From contig JAKAXE010000004.1 of NCBI GenBank assembly GCA_021816695.1, positions 61 to 64,060 of the forward strand: 64,000 nt of DNA. Reading direction: 5' to 3'. Made by a program: the position numbers and the translations under genes. Shown piece after piece: positions 1-9,490 of the stretch; position 1 is the first letter of the stretch; the number at the start of each line of letters is the position of its first letter. The notes beneath the pieces are model-generated. The model did no database searches. It was not told the DNA's origin and was given only the letters and a program-made list of their open reading frames with translations. This stretch comes from a bacterium. Its GTDB lineage: Bacteria > Chloroflexota > Dormibacteria > Aeolococcales > Bog-877.

Positions 1-1
1 C

Positions 2-187
2 GGGGCCCGGGTCATCACCCAGGCCACCTATGAGCAGCTCCCCGCCGGCTTCCAGACCAGCGAGTTCCACCATGCCCGCGGCCTGATCGACCAGGTGGTT
101 GACCGCCGCCAGCTGCGCGAGGTCCTGGGACGGCTGCTGGCGGTGCTCGGCCCCTCCGCCGCGGAGGACGCCCGGCGCCCGGCGTGA
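2..187 (+). CDS. accD: Acetyl-CoA carboxylase carboxyltransferase beta subunit, 3' end only (runs off window)
   Basis: Frame 2 reads GARVITQATYEQLPAGFQTSEFHHARGLIDQVVDRRQLREVLGRLL, like the AccD C-terminus; TGA at 185-187 overlaps the accA GTG (GTGA). Confidence 0.85.
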   Translation, partial: GARVITQATYEQLPAGFQTSEFHHARGLIDQVVDRRQLREVLGRLLAVLGPSAAEDARRPA

Positions 188-1020
188 GTTCCACGGACCT
201 CGACGGCAACGCCGCCGGGGAGGCCGCCCAGGCCGCCTGGGCTCACGTCGAGGTCTCTCGCCACCCCGACCGCCCCTACTCCCTGGACCTGGTCCAGCGC
301 TGCCTGGACGACTTCATTGAGCTCCACGGCGACCGCCAGGGCGGGGACGATGCCGCGGTGGTCATCGGACTGGCACGGCTGGGGGGGCAGCCGCTGGCGG
401 TGGTCGCCAACCAGAAGGGGCGGACCCTGGAGGAACGGGGCAAGCGCAACTTCGGCATGGCCCACCCGGAGGGTTACCGCAAGGCCCAGCGGCTCTTCAC
501 CCTGGCGGGGCGGCTCAAGCTGCCGGTGGTCAGCTTCATCGACACTCCGGGGGCCTACCCCGGGGTAGCCGCCGAGGAGCGGGGCCAGGCCTGGGCCATC
601 GCCCAGACCCTCGAGGCCCAGCTGGCCCTGCCCACCCCGTACCTGGCGGTGGTGATCGGGGAGGGGGGAAGCGGCGGGGCGCTGGCCACGCTCCTGGCGG
701 ACTCGGTCCTGGTGCTGGAGCACGCCTTCCTCTCCGTGGCCTCGCCGGAGGCGGCCGCCGCCATCCTCTTCCGGGACGCCGGGCGCAAGCAGCAGGCCGC
801 GGCCGCGCTCAGGTTGGAGGCGGCCAACCTCCTGGAGTGGGGGATCGCGGACGAGATCGTCCCCGAGCCCCCGGGCGGCGCCCACACCGACTGGGACGAG
901 ACCGCCCGTCTACTCCGCCCGCGGCTGGAGGCCCGGCTCTTGGAGATCACCTCCCGAGGGTTCGACCCCGCCCGCCGGCGGGAGCGCTATCGGCGCCTGG
1001 ACGGGCTCTTCTCCGCCTGA
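184..1020 (+). CDS. accA: Acetyl-CoA carboxylase carboxyltransferase alpha subunit
   Basis: FIELHGDR, NFGMAHPEGYRKA, IDTPGAYPG and GEGGSGGALA motifs. Confidence 0.95.
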   Translation: MSSTDLDGNAAGEAAQAAWAHVEVSRHPDRPYSLDLVQRCLDDFIELHGDRQGGDDAAVVIGLARLGGQPLAVVANQKGRTLEERGKRNFGMAHPEGYRKAQRLFTLAGRLKLPVVSFIDTPGAYPGVAAEERGQAWAIAQTLEAQLALPTPYLAVVIGEGGSGGALATLLADSVLVLEHAFLSVASPEAAAAILFRDAGRKQQAAAALRLEAANLLEWGIADEIVPEPPGGAHTDWDETARLLRPRLEARLLEITSRGFDPARRRERYRRLDGLFSA

Positions 1021-2777
1021 GGCAGCTGGCCCCCGGCGGCGGGCCGGGACGGGTTGCGGGAAGTCCGGTGGCTGGTGGCGGCGAAGGCCGCCTCACTCTC
1101 CTCGTAGTGGAACTTGCCCCCACGCAACCACGAGGCCACCCCGGCCACCAGGCAGGCCACCACCGCGAAGTCGAAAGCCACCCGGAGCCCGCCCATGAAG
1201 GGGGCGGAAATCAGGGAGGAGAAGAAGGTGCGGCCGGTGAGGTAGGCAACCTTTGCCGGCGGCATGTGGGCGAGCAGAGGCCCGAGCAGCGAGTGGACCG
1301 GGTTGTACCCCAGGAAGGCGGCGAAGAGCGCTCCGGTGGGGGGGAGATGGGAGATCCGGGCCGCGGCCGCCGCCGGAATCCCCTGAGCCGTGAGGCCGTG
1401 GTAGAGCGCCCCCGGGAGCTGGGCCGCCAGCCCAGTGATGATGAGGGTGAAGAAGATCCCGATCGAGAGGACCTGGGCCGAGTTCTGGAAGGTCGCGGTC
1501 ATGCCGGAGCCGGCGCCGCGCTGGGTGGCGGGGAGGCTGTTCATGATCCCCGCTCGGTTGGGGGATGCGAAGAGCCCCATGGCGAGGCCGTTGAGGAGGA
1601 GCAGCGCGGCAAATACCGGGTAGCTGAAATCAGCGGGCAGCAGCTCGAGCAGCCCGAAGCTGAGCGCGGCCAGCAGCATCCCCCCGGTGGCGAACGGCCG
1701 GGCTCCATAGTGGTCGGACAGGTACCCGGATACCGGCCCGGCGACCAGAAAGCCCACAGTGAGCGGGAGCATGTAGATCCCCGCCCAGAGAGGGGTGCTG
1801 GCGAAGCTGTAGCCGTGCTCCGGGAGCCAGATCCCCTGCAGCCAGATGATGAGGATGAACATGATCCCGCCCCGGCCGAGGGAGGCCAGCAGGCTGGCCA
1901 CGTTGCCGGCGGCGAAGGCCCGGATCCGGAAGAGGGGGAGACGGAACATCGGGTTGGGCACGCGGGTCTCCAGGTAGAGGAAGAGCCCCAGCAGCACCAG
2001 CCCCAAGCCGATCTCGGTCAGCACCGATGGACTGGTCCAGCCCATGGTCGAGTTGCCATACGGCTCGATCCCGTAGGTGATGCCGACCAGCAGCGAGATC
2101 AGCCCGGCGGCAAAGGTCACGTTGCCCCACCAGTCGATCGAGGAGCGAACGCGCACTCCCCGCTCCTCGAGCTTGAAGTAGGCCCAGATCGTGCCGAAGA
2201 TGCCGAAGGGCACCGAGACCAGGAAGACCAGGTGCCAGTCCACCGGTCCCAGCAGCCCGCCGAGGATCAGGCCGATGAAGGACCCACCGATCGCCGCCAC
2301 CTGGTTCACCCCGAGGGCCAGCCCCCGCTGGTCCGGGGGGAAGGCGTCGGTGAGGATGGCCGAGGAATTGGCGAAGAGAAGCGCCCCGCCCACTCCCTGC
2401 ATGACCCGCATGGCGATCAGCCAGAGAGCGCCCGCCTGGCCGTCCAGCCAGGTGATGGAGAGCAGCACCGAGAAGGCGGAGAAGACCGCAAACCCGAGGT
2501 TGTACATGCGCACCCGCCCGTACATGTCCCCGAGCCGTCCGAAGCTCACCACCAGCACCGCGGTCACCACCATGTAGCCCATGAGCAGCCAGAGGAAGTA
2601 ACCGGTGTTCCCCGGGGTGAGGGGGTTCAGGTGGATGCCCCGGAAGATGTCGGGGAGGGCGATCAAGGTGATCGAGGAGTTGATCACCACCATGAGCATC
2701 CCCAGGGTGGTGTTGGAGAGTGCGACCCACTTTCCCCGGTAGCGGTCGGAGGTGGTCGGCGGGGATGCGGCGGGCAA
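987..2777 (-). CDS. DHA2-type (14-TMS) MFS efflux transporter
   Basis: Many hydrophobic segments; FGRLGDMYGRVR (motif A), QGVGGALL, and GPVSGYLSDHYGAR repeat. Confidence 0.9.
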   Translation of the reverse strand: MPAASPPTTSDRYRGKWVALSNTTLGMLMVVINSSITLIALPDIFRGIHLNPLTPGNTGYFLWLLMGYMVVTAVLVVSFGRLGDMYGRVRMYNLGFAVFSAFSVLLSITWLDGQAGALWLIAMRVMQGVGGALLFANSSAILTDAFPPDQRGLALGVNQVAAIGGSFIGLILGGLLGPVDWHLVFLVSVPFGIFGTIWAYFKLEERGVRVRSSIDWWGNVTFAAGLISLLVGITYGIEPYGNSTMGWTSPSVLTEIGLGLVLLGLFLYLETRVPNPMFRLPLFRIRAFAAGNVASLLASLGRGGIMFILIIWLQGIWLPEHGYSFASTPLWAGIYMLPLTVGFLVAGPVSGYLSDHYGARPFATGGMLLAALSFGLLELLPADFSYPVFAALLLLNGLAMGLFASPNRAGIMNSLPATQRGAGSGMTATFQNSAQVLSIGIFFTLIITGLAAQLPGALYHGLTAQGIPAAAAARISHLPPTGALFAAFLGYNPVHSLLGPLLAHMPPAKVAYLTGRTFFSSLISAPFMGGLRVAFDFAVVACLVAGVASWLRGGKFHYEESEAAFAATSHRTSRNPSRPAAGGQLPQAEKSPSRRR

Positions 2778-2820
2778 GGGATCCTCCCAGCTGAGCTGTC
2801 TCGGTTGAGGATACTCCCTA

Positions 2821-2838
2821 CTTTACGTTGACGTAAAG
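2821..2838. promoter_or_regulatory. Perfect inverted repeat CTTTACGT-TG-ACGTAAAG, probable MerR-family operator overlapping a minus-strand TTTACG-N18-TATCCT promoter of the MFS gene
   Basis: 8-bp AT-rich perfect arms about 45 bp upstream of the MFS start in a GC-rich background. Confidence 0.65.
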
Positions 2839-2857
2839 CGCGAAGAACTCGGAAGGG

Positions 2858-4336
2858 TCAGGCGGCTCGGGAGGCGGCCAGCTGCAGCGCTGCGAAGAGG
2901 CGCTCCACATCGTGGGGGGTGGTGCGCAGGCCCCCCACCGTGGCCCGAAGCACAAACCGCCCGTCTGGGGCAGCGTGCGAGATGAAAGCCTCGCCGGATT
3001 CGTTCACCAGCCGCATCACCTCCCGGTTGTGGGCCTCCAGCCCCCCCTCGTCGTCGGAACCTTTCGGATGGTGCCGGAAACAGACGGTGGCCAGCGGAAC
3101 CGGGGCCATCACCTCCCAGCCTCCACCGGACTCCAGCTGGCGGCGCAGCCAGTCGGCCATCTGCAGATGGGAGCGCAGCAAGCTTTGCAGCCCAGAACGG
3201 CCGAAGTAGCGCATCACCATCCAGAGCTTGAGGGCTCGCTGGCGACGGCCCAGAGCGACGCCGAGGTCCATGAGATTGCGCGAGCCCATTCCGGAGTCGC
3301 GGTCCGCCTCCGGAGTCTCGAGGTAGGCCGGGACCAGCGAGAAGGCCTGCCGGATGGCCCCTGGGTGGGCGGTGAAGAGGACCGAGCAGTCCATCGGGGT
3401 GAAGAGCCACTTGTGGGGGTTGACGACCAGGGAGTCGGCCCGGTCAGTCCCCTCCAGAACCCAGCGGCGCTCAGGCAGGATGGCCGCCACGCCGCCGTGC
3501 GCCGCGTCCACGTGGAGCCAGAGGTGATGCCGGGAGGCAACCTCGGCGATGGCCGGGATGGGGTCAACGCTGGTGGTGGCGGTGGTGCCGGCGGTGGCGA
3601 CCACCGCGCAGGGGATCACGCCGGCCTCGAGGTCCTCGGCGATGGCCCGCTCGAGCTCATCGGGGAGCATCCGGAACTCGGGGTCGCAGGCCACCGGGCG
3701 GTACCCTCGGCGGCCCATCCCCAGGGCCACCACCGCCTTCTCCACCGAGGAATGAGCCTGTGTCGAACCGTACACCCGGAGGGGGGCCAGTCCGCTGAGC
3801 CCCTGCTCCCGGGACTCCGGTGCCACCCGGTGGCGAGCCGCGCCCAGGGCCACCATGGTGGAGGTGGAGGCGGTGTCGTTGATGTGGCCGTCGAAGCTCC
3901 CCGGTAGCTCGAGCAGCTCCGCCAGCCAGCCGCAGGTGAGGTACTCCAGCTCGGTGGCCGCCGGACCGGTCCGCCAGAGCATGGCGTTGGCGTTGACCGA
4001 GGCGGCGATCAGCTCCCCCAGGATCCCCGCCGCCGCTGAGGTGCTGTTGAAGTAGGCGAAGAAGCGGGGGTGGTTCCAGTGGGTCGAGGCGGGGAGCAGG
4101 ATTCTCTCGATGTCCCCCAGGATGGTGTCCAGCTCCTCCCCCTCCTCGGGGGGTGAGGGCGCCAGCGCCGCCAGCACCTCGCCGGGGTTCACCTGCGGGA
4201 GGGGTGAGATCCCGTCCAGCCCCTCCAGGTACCGGGCCACCAAGTCCACCACCTCCTGTCCGTACCGCCGGAACTCGGTGGGCGCCATCTCCCCACTGTG
4301 GCCACCTGGCCCCGACCCGCCGGACGGAGTTTTCAC
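2858..4336 (-). CDS. Group II PLP-dependent decarboxylase (aromatic-L-amino-acid decarboxylase family)
   Basis: HWNHPRFFAYF, WLHVDAAHGG and NPHKW (PLP lysine); GTG 4336 overlaps the metF stop (alternative ATG 4288). Confidence 0.9.
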   Translation of the reverse strand: MKTPSGGSGPGGHSGEMAPTEFRRYGQEVVDLVARYLEGLDGISPLPQVNPGEVLAALAPSPPEEGEELDTILGDIERILLPASTHWNHPRFFAYFNSTSAAAGILGELIAASVNANAMLWRTGPAATELEYLTCGWLAELLELPGSFDGHINDTASTSTMVALGAARHRVAPESREQGLSGLAPLRVYGSTQAHSSVEKAVVALGMGRRGYRPVACDPEFRMLPDELERAIAEDLEAGVIPCAVVATAGTTATTSVDPIPAIAEVASRHHLWLHVDAAHGGVAAILPERRWVLEGTDRADSLVVNPHKWLFTPMDCSVLFTAHPGAIRQAFSLVPAYLETPEADRDSGMGSRNLMDLGVALGRRQRALKLWMVMRYFGRSGLQSLLRSHLQMADWLRRQLESGGGWEVMAPVPLATVCFRHHPKGSDDEGGLEAHNREVMRLVNESGEAFISHAAPDGRFVLRATVGGLRTTPHDVERLFAALQLAASRAA

Positions 4337-5145
4337 CCGGCGGCCACCACCAGCCGGCGCGATCGGAACTCGGCGCAGATCCGCGCCGCATGTCGCTCCG
4401 CACCAAGGGGGATGACGTGCAGGCGGAGATCGGGGCGCGATCCCAGCTCGCCGGCGATCTCCACGGCCACCTCCGCACCTTCCCCCGCAGTGATCCGGGC
4501 GGCGTAGGACTCGGGCACCGGGCAGTCGGGAAGAGCCCGGCGGACGAACTGGAGACTGCGGGCGGAGCGGATCACCCCCACGCTGGCAAACACCGTTACC
4601 GTGGGCGAAAGGACTCCTGCCAGGTCCTGAAGGAATTCGTCGAAGGCGGCCAGGTCGAAGACCATCTGCGTCTGGACGAAGTCGACCCCGGCAGCCGCCT
4701 TGCGCTCCAGGAGCCGGAGCTCGCGCCGGCGGTCGGCGAAGGGATTGACCACCGATCCGCGCAGCAGCTGCTGGGGTGCCACCCAGTCGGGGATCGCCGC
4801 CAGTGCCTCGGCGACGGTGGGCGACGCTGCCGCCCGCTCCGCCCCTGGGTCGCCGCGAACGACCAGGACCCCCGCCGCCCCCAGTGCCGCCGCCCCCAAC
4901 ACCTGTTGCTGGAGTCCGAGGCGGGTGCGGTCGCGGAGCGAGAGGTGGACCACCGCGGCCAGCCCGCGCTCCCGGCACGGGGCCACGGCCGCCAGCGGGG
5001 AGAGTCGGGGCCGGGCGGTATGGTTGTCGGTCAGTCCCACCAAGGTGACGCAGCCGGCCAGCTGGTCCGCGGCCCGCTGCACCCTGGAGAGGTCGGCTCG
5101 TCGGGGCATGGCCAGCTCGGCCGAACACAAAGCGGCGGAGATCAC
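4333..5145 (-). CDS. metF: Methylenetetrahydrofolate reductase family flavoprotein
   Basis: HLSLRDRTR, VRGDP and RKAAAGVDFVQTQMVFD motifs; TATAGT -10-like hexamer 9 nt upstream. Confidence 0.8.
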   Translation of the reverse strand: MISAALCSAELAMPRRADLSRVQRAADQLAGCVTLVGLTDNHTARPRLSPLAAVAPCRERGLAAVVHLSLRDRTRLGLQQQVLGAAALGAAGVLVVRGDPGAERAAASPTVAEALAAIPDWVAPQQLLRGSVVNPFADRRRELRLLERKAAAGVDFVQTQMVFDLAAFDEFLQDLAGVLSPTVTVFASVGVIRSARSLQFVRRALPDCPVPESYAARITAGEGAEVAVEIAGELGSRPDLRLHVIPLGAERHAARICAEFRSRRLVVAAG

Positions 5146-5289
5146 AACCGCACCACTATATTTGGCCGGGCGTGGCGAAAATTTTCATCCTTTTGGGCGA
5201 TGGCGGCCGCCAGCCTGCCGCCTCACACTGGACCTTGGCCGAGGTGCCCCCTCCGGACCCCTCCTCCGGCATCCTCCCCCTGGTCCTCA

Positions 5290-6054
5290 ATGTCTGACTT
5301 CGCCACCGCCTCCTCCCCCAACCAGGCGGATGGATCCGCCCCCGCGGTAGGCGAGGTCCCGGTCCTGGAGGTGCGGCACCTCGGCCGGTCGCTGCGCCTC
5401 GGGTCCGAGGAGCTGGAGATCCTCCAGGACATCACGTTCTCCATTCCCCCGGGCGAGTTCGTCACCCTTATGGGCCCCTCGGGAAGTGGCAAGAGCACCC
5501 TTCTGGGGTGCATCACCGGGTTGGACAACCCCAGCCAGGGCCAGGTGCTGCTCAACGGGGTGGATGTGTCCAAGATGCGCGAGTCGCAGCTGGCGGGGAT
5601 CCGCAATCGCACCGTGGGCATGGTGTTCCAGGCCTTCAACCTCATCCCCACGCTGACCGCTCGGGAGAACGTCGAGGTGCCGCTCTACGCCGGGCGCTGG
5701 CGGGGCTCTCCGTCAGCCAGGGCGATCGAGCTGCTGGGTCTGGTGGGGCTCTCCCACCGGCTGGAGCACCGCCCCAACCAGCTCTCCGGTGGGGAGCAGC
5801 AGCGGGTGGCGATCGCCAGGGCGCTGGCCACCGAGCCGCCCCTGGTGGTGGCCGACGAGCCCACCGGCAACCTCGCCGCAGCCCAGGGCAAGGAGATCCT
5901 GGAGCTGCTTTGGGACCTGCGCCAGCGCATGGGCACCACCTTCGTCATCGCCACCCATGACTCCACCATCGCCGGCTATGCCACGCGGATGCTGCAGATC
6001 TCGGACGGGCGGCTGGTGGGGGACCACCCGGGACCCCGTGCGGGCGCTCGGTGA
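5290..6054 (+). CDS. ABC transporter ATP-binding protein (LolD/MacB type)
   Basis: GPSGSGKS Walker A, LSGGEQQRVAIARAL, ADEPTGNL; start refined to ATG 5290. Confidence 0.92.
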   Translation: MSDFATASSPNQADGSAPAVGEVPVLEVRHLGRSLRLGSEELEILQDITFSIPPGEFVTLMGPSGSGKSTLLGCITGLDNPSQGQVLLNGVDVSKMRESQLAGIRNRTVGMVFQAFNLIPTLTARENVEVPLYAGRWRGSPSARAIELLGLVGLSHRLEHRPNQLSGGEQQRVAIARALATEPPLVVADEPTGNLAAAQGKEILELLWDLRQRMGTTFVIATHDSTIAGYATRMLQISDGRLVGDHPGPRAGAR

Positions 6055-8789
6055 AGGCCGGGCTCTACCTCCGCTACACCACCCGCTCGCTGACCCGCGG
6101 GGGCCGCCGGACGGTTCTCGCGGCTTTCTGCGTGGGGGTCGGGGTCATGGCCATCGTGGGGCTGCAGATGGCTGCGTCGATGGTCAACAGCTCGCTGACC
6201 GCCAACGTCCGCCAGGCCAACGGGGGTGACGTGTCGGTGGTCTCGGTGGCGGTCCCCTTCCCCCAGTCCGAGCTCCGGACTTTCCAGCAGCTGCAGAGCT
6301 CGGGGAAGATCACGGCGTTCACCGCCGTGCGGGAGTACTCCTCGACGGTCATCCGCCCGGGCGGCCAGGGGGTGGCCGCGACGGTGGACGCCGTGAACCC
6401 GTCCACCTTCCCCCTGGTGGGCACGGTGGCCCTACGTCCGGGCGCTGAGGGCACCTTCCGGCAGCTGATCTCGCGCCCAGGGACGATGGTGCTCTCCTCG
6501 ACCATCGAGAGCCTGCTGGGCGCCAAGGTCGGCACCAAGGTCCGAGTCAACCTCGCGCGGGCCAAGGGACCAGTGTACTGGCGGGTGGGAGGCATCGCCC
6601 AGGGCTCCCTCCCGGCGGGGATGGACCAGGACCTCGTGGTCTCCAACGCCACCCTGAACGCCGCCGTCTCGAGTTCGGCGCTCGTTGACTACGGCGAGGT
6701 CTACCTGACCACCGCCAGCACCAAGGCCGCCTCCCAGGTGGCCCGTCAGCTGACCGACCAGCTGCCGCTGGCCACCGTCTCCACCGTCCAGCAGGCGCTC
6801 AACTCCGACAAGAACGCGAGCTCGCAGCTGACCCAGTTCCTCTCCATCGCCGGGTTGGCGGCCCTGCTCATCGGGGGGATCGGGATCGTCAACACCATGC
6901 AGGTGAGCCTGGCCCGGAGGCGGCTGGAGATCGCCATGCTCAAGACCACCGGGTACCGGCGGCGCGACCTCTACCTCCTCTTCGGCTTGGAGGCGGTGAT
7001 GCTGGGGCTGGTGGGCGGGGTGGGCGGCGCGGCAGTGGGGATCGGCCTCTCCGACGCGGTCCGCTCCCTTCTCGAGGGGGTGGCCAACGTGGTCATCAAC
7101 TTCGCCATCAGCTGGGAGATCGTCCTCGCCGGGGTGGCCATCGGTGTGGCCACCACCTGCATCTTCGCCCTCCTGCCGATCGTGAGACTGAGCCGCGTCC
7201 GCCCGGCCGCGGTCCTCAGGGACACCCCAGCGGAGGTCACGGCAGGCGTTTTGGGCTCCAGCGCCATCCTCCTGGCGGTGGTGGCAGTGTTGTTCTGGCT
7301 ACTCGCCTCGGCGATCCTGGGTTCGGCCGGCCTCGCCCTGATCCTGGTGATCGGCACCGGGGTGGCGCTCGCCGTCCTCACCCTCATCTTCAGTCAGGCG
7401 CTGCGCCTGATCGGCCACCTTCCCGTGCCGGAGGGCTTCACCCCGTCGCACGTCCTACTGGTCACCTTGGCCCTTCTTATCTCGGTGGCTATCACCACGG
7501 TCGCCAGCCTGCGGGCGGTGGGTGCGCTCCTGATCCTGGCATCCCTCCTGGGATACGTGGTGGTCGTGCTACCCCGTCCGGCCAAGGCAGTGGTGAGGAT
7601 GGCGCTGCGCAACTCGGAGCGCACCAGGACCCGCACCGCGGCCACCTCGGTGGCGCTCTTCGTGGGCGTCTTCGCGGTGGGCCTCATCCTCATCCTGGGC
7701 ACCGACATCCGCAGCGACCTCGATAGCATCATCACCCAGTCCACCACCTACAACGTGATCGCCGTGGCCCCGGGGCAGAGCGCCGCCCGCCTGGTCCAGG
7801 CGGCCCGGGGCCTGGGGAGCACCTCCGAGCTCTCCACCTCCGCGGCCATCTCCGCGCCGGTGGCGATCAACGGCCGGCCCCTGTCCCAGGTGGTCGCCCC
7901 GCTGAGCCACGGAGACCGGTCCGAGCTCGCCTTCCTCACCAGCGGCATCCAGGGCTTCTCGGTCTCCTCGGGCACCCTTCCCGACGTGACCATCAAGCAG
8001 GGCCGCCAGCTGCGACCCGCGGACGCCTCCACCAACGGAGTCCTGGTCAGCACCGCCCTCTCCCGCTCGCCGTTCAACCTCAAGGTGGGGGACACCATCA
8101 CCTCCATCGACCCCCTGGCGCCCCACGCGGCTCCAGTGACTCTCCAGGTGGTCGGGCTCTACTCGGCCACCTCCGCGGGCAGCAAGAAGGGAATATCGAT
8201 AACCACCACCGTGGCCCCCATCCTGGCCACCCAGCAGACCGCCACCGCGGTGGCCGGGAGCAACCTCCAGCAGGTCCTGGAGCTGAAGTTCCCACCCAAG
8301 CGTGCTGACGCGGCTGCCACCCAGCTGCGGAGCGCGGACCCGGGAGCTCAGGTGGTCAGCCTCGCCGACTTCACCCTGATCATCGACCAGTTCCTCAACA
8401 ACGCCATCCTCTTCCTCACCGCCATCGCCTCCCTGGCCCTGCTGGCGGGGATCGTGATCATCGCCAACTCCGTGGCCCTGGCCCTGCTGGAGCGGCGGCG
8501 GGAGATCGGCATCCTGAAGGCGGTGGGGCAGGGCCGGGGAGCGGTCCTGGGCGAGGTCCTCACCGAGACCGCCGCCGTGGCGGGGCTGGGGGCCGCCGGG
8601 GGGATGGTGGCGATCGCCCTGGTGCTGCTGCCGCTGCAGAAGCTGGTGATCAAGATCAACCTCGGCATCCCCACCCCCCTGGCGCTGGCGCTGGTTGTGG
8701 GGGCGATCCTGGTGGCGGTGGTGACCGCCGCTCTGGTGGCCTGGGGCCCGGTCCGGGTGCGCCCGCTAGAGGTTCTGCGCTACGAGTGA
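6051..8789 (+). CDS. FtsX/MacB-family ABC permease with duplicated halves (912 aa)
   Basis: Two FtsX-like modules with RRLEIAMLKTTG and RRREIGILKAVG signatures; GTGA coupling to the ATPase. Confidence 0.9.
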   Translation: MKAGLYLRYTTRSLTRGGRRTVLAAFCVGVGVMAIVGLQMAASMVNSSLTANVRQANGGDVSVVSVAVPFPQSELRTFQQLQSSGKITAFTAVREYSSTVIRPGGQGVAATVDAVNPSTFPLVGTVALRPGAEGTFRQLISRPGTMVLSSTIESLLGAKVGTKVRVNLARAKGPVYWRVGGIAQGSLPAGMDQDLVVSNATLNAAVSSSALVDYGEVYLTTASTKAASQVARQLTDQLPLATVSTVQQALNSDKNASSQLTQFLSIAGLAALLIGGIGIVNTMQVSLARRRLEIAMLKTTGYRRRDLYLLFGLEAVMLGLVGGVGGAAVGIGLSDAVRSLLEGVANVVINFAISWEIVLAGVAIGVATTCIFALLPIVRLSRVRPAAVLRDTPAEVTAGVLGSSAILLAVVAVLFWLLASAILGSAGLALILVIGTGVALAVLTLIFSQALRLIGHLPVPEGFTPSHVLLVTLALLISVAITTVASLRAVGALLILASLLGYVVVVLPRPAKAVVRMALRNSERTRTRTAATSVALFVGVFAVGLILILGTDIRSDLDSIITQSTTYNVIAVAPGQSAARLVQAARGLGSTSELSTSAAISAPVAINGRPLSQVVAPLSHGDRSELAFLTSGIQGFSVSSGTLPDVTIKQGRQLRPADASTNGVLVSTALSRSPFNLKVGDTITSIDPLAPHAAPVTLQVVGLYSATSAGSKKGISITTTVAPILATQQTATAVAGSNLQQVLELKFPPKRADAAATQLRSADPGAQVVSLADFTLIIDQFLNNAILFLTAIASLALLAGIVIIANSVALALLERRREIGILKAVGQGRGAVLGEVLTETAAVAGLGAAGGMVAIALVLLPLQKLVIKINLGIPTPLALALVVGAILVAVVTAALVAWGPVRVRPLEVLRYE

Positions 8790-8793
8790 GGGG

Positions 8794-9450
8794 ATCGCCC
8801 CCACAACGGCCCAGGCAGCCCTGCTGGGGGCGTATGGGCAGCTGGCGGAGCTCCTGCCATCCTCCGACCCCCTGGCGCCCACCGGGTGCCGGGGCTGGAG
8901 TGCAGGTGACCTCTGGTTCCACCTCTTCCTGGACGCCCAGCGGGCCCTGATGGCCCTGGCGACTCCGACGGATTCTCCCCCCGACCGGGACTACGTCACC
9001 TACTGGAGAGAGTGGTCGTCGTCCGATCCGGATGCCGTGGAGCATGCGGACTTCGTGCGGCGCATGGCAGCTGCTCTCGGGGGTCGGGAGGCGGGGCGCT
9101 GGTGGAAGGAAACCAGTGAGGCGGTGCTCAGGGCCGCAGTCGCCACACCAACTGGGGCGGTGCTGGCCACCCAGGGCCACCGCCTGCGACTACCCGACCT
9201 CTTGGGCACCCTGGCGGTGGAGGCGACGGTGCACCACCTCGACCTTTTGGTGGGAGTCCAGGGTCCGAGTCCGGCGCCCCTGGCGCTGACGGTCTCGCGT
9301 CTGACCCTGGACGGCCTCCTGGGCGCCCCCTGCCCCTGCGACTGGGACAACCCGACGTACCTCAAGAAGGGGACCGGGCGGGACGAGCTCATAGTGGAGG
9401 AGCTGACCCAGCTCGGGGGGCTGGGGGATCGGTTCCCCCTTTTCAGCTGA
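8794..9450 (+). CDS. Maleylpyruvate isomerase N-terminal / DinB-like metal-binding protein; start uncertain
   Basis: Frame upstream of ATG 8950 reads ...LAPTGCRGWSAGDLWFHLFLDAQRAL, and EATVHHLDL occurs later; no in-frame ATG/GTG/TTG upstream of 8950. Confidence 0.7.
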   Translation: MAPTTAQAALLGAYGQLAELLPSSDPLAPTGCRGWSAGDLWFHLFLDAQRALMALATPTDSPPDRDYVTYWREWSSSDPDAVEHADFVRRMAAALGGREAGRWWKETSEAVLRAAVATPTGAVLATQGHRLRLPDLLGTLAVEATVHHLDLLVGVQGPSPAPLALTVSRLTLDGLLGAPCPCDWDNPTYLKKGTGRDELIVEELTQLGGLGDRFPLFS

Positions 9451-9490
9451 GGATCCAGCTGGCCGCGCGGGGCACAGCTCCGGCACCCGG

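Noticed and set aside
837-2831. 664-aa plus-strand ORF antisense to the MFS (likewise 60328-62769, 45954-47582, 37721-39202 and many others)
   Set aside because: Shadow ORFs of GC-rich coding DNA: Arg/Gly/Pro/His-rich, no motifs, exactly opposite well-supported genes.
4337-5128. 280-aa N-terminal extension of the decarboxylase ORF, suggesting a fusion
   Set aside because: It overlaps metF in another frame and is low complexity; homology begins at about 4336/4288.
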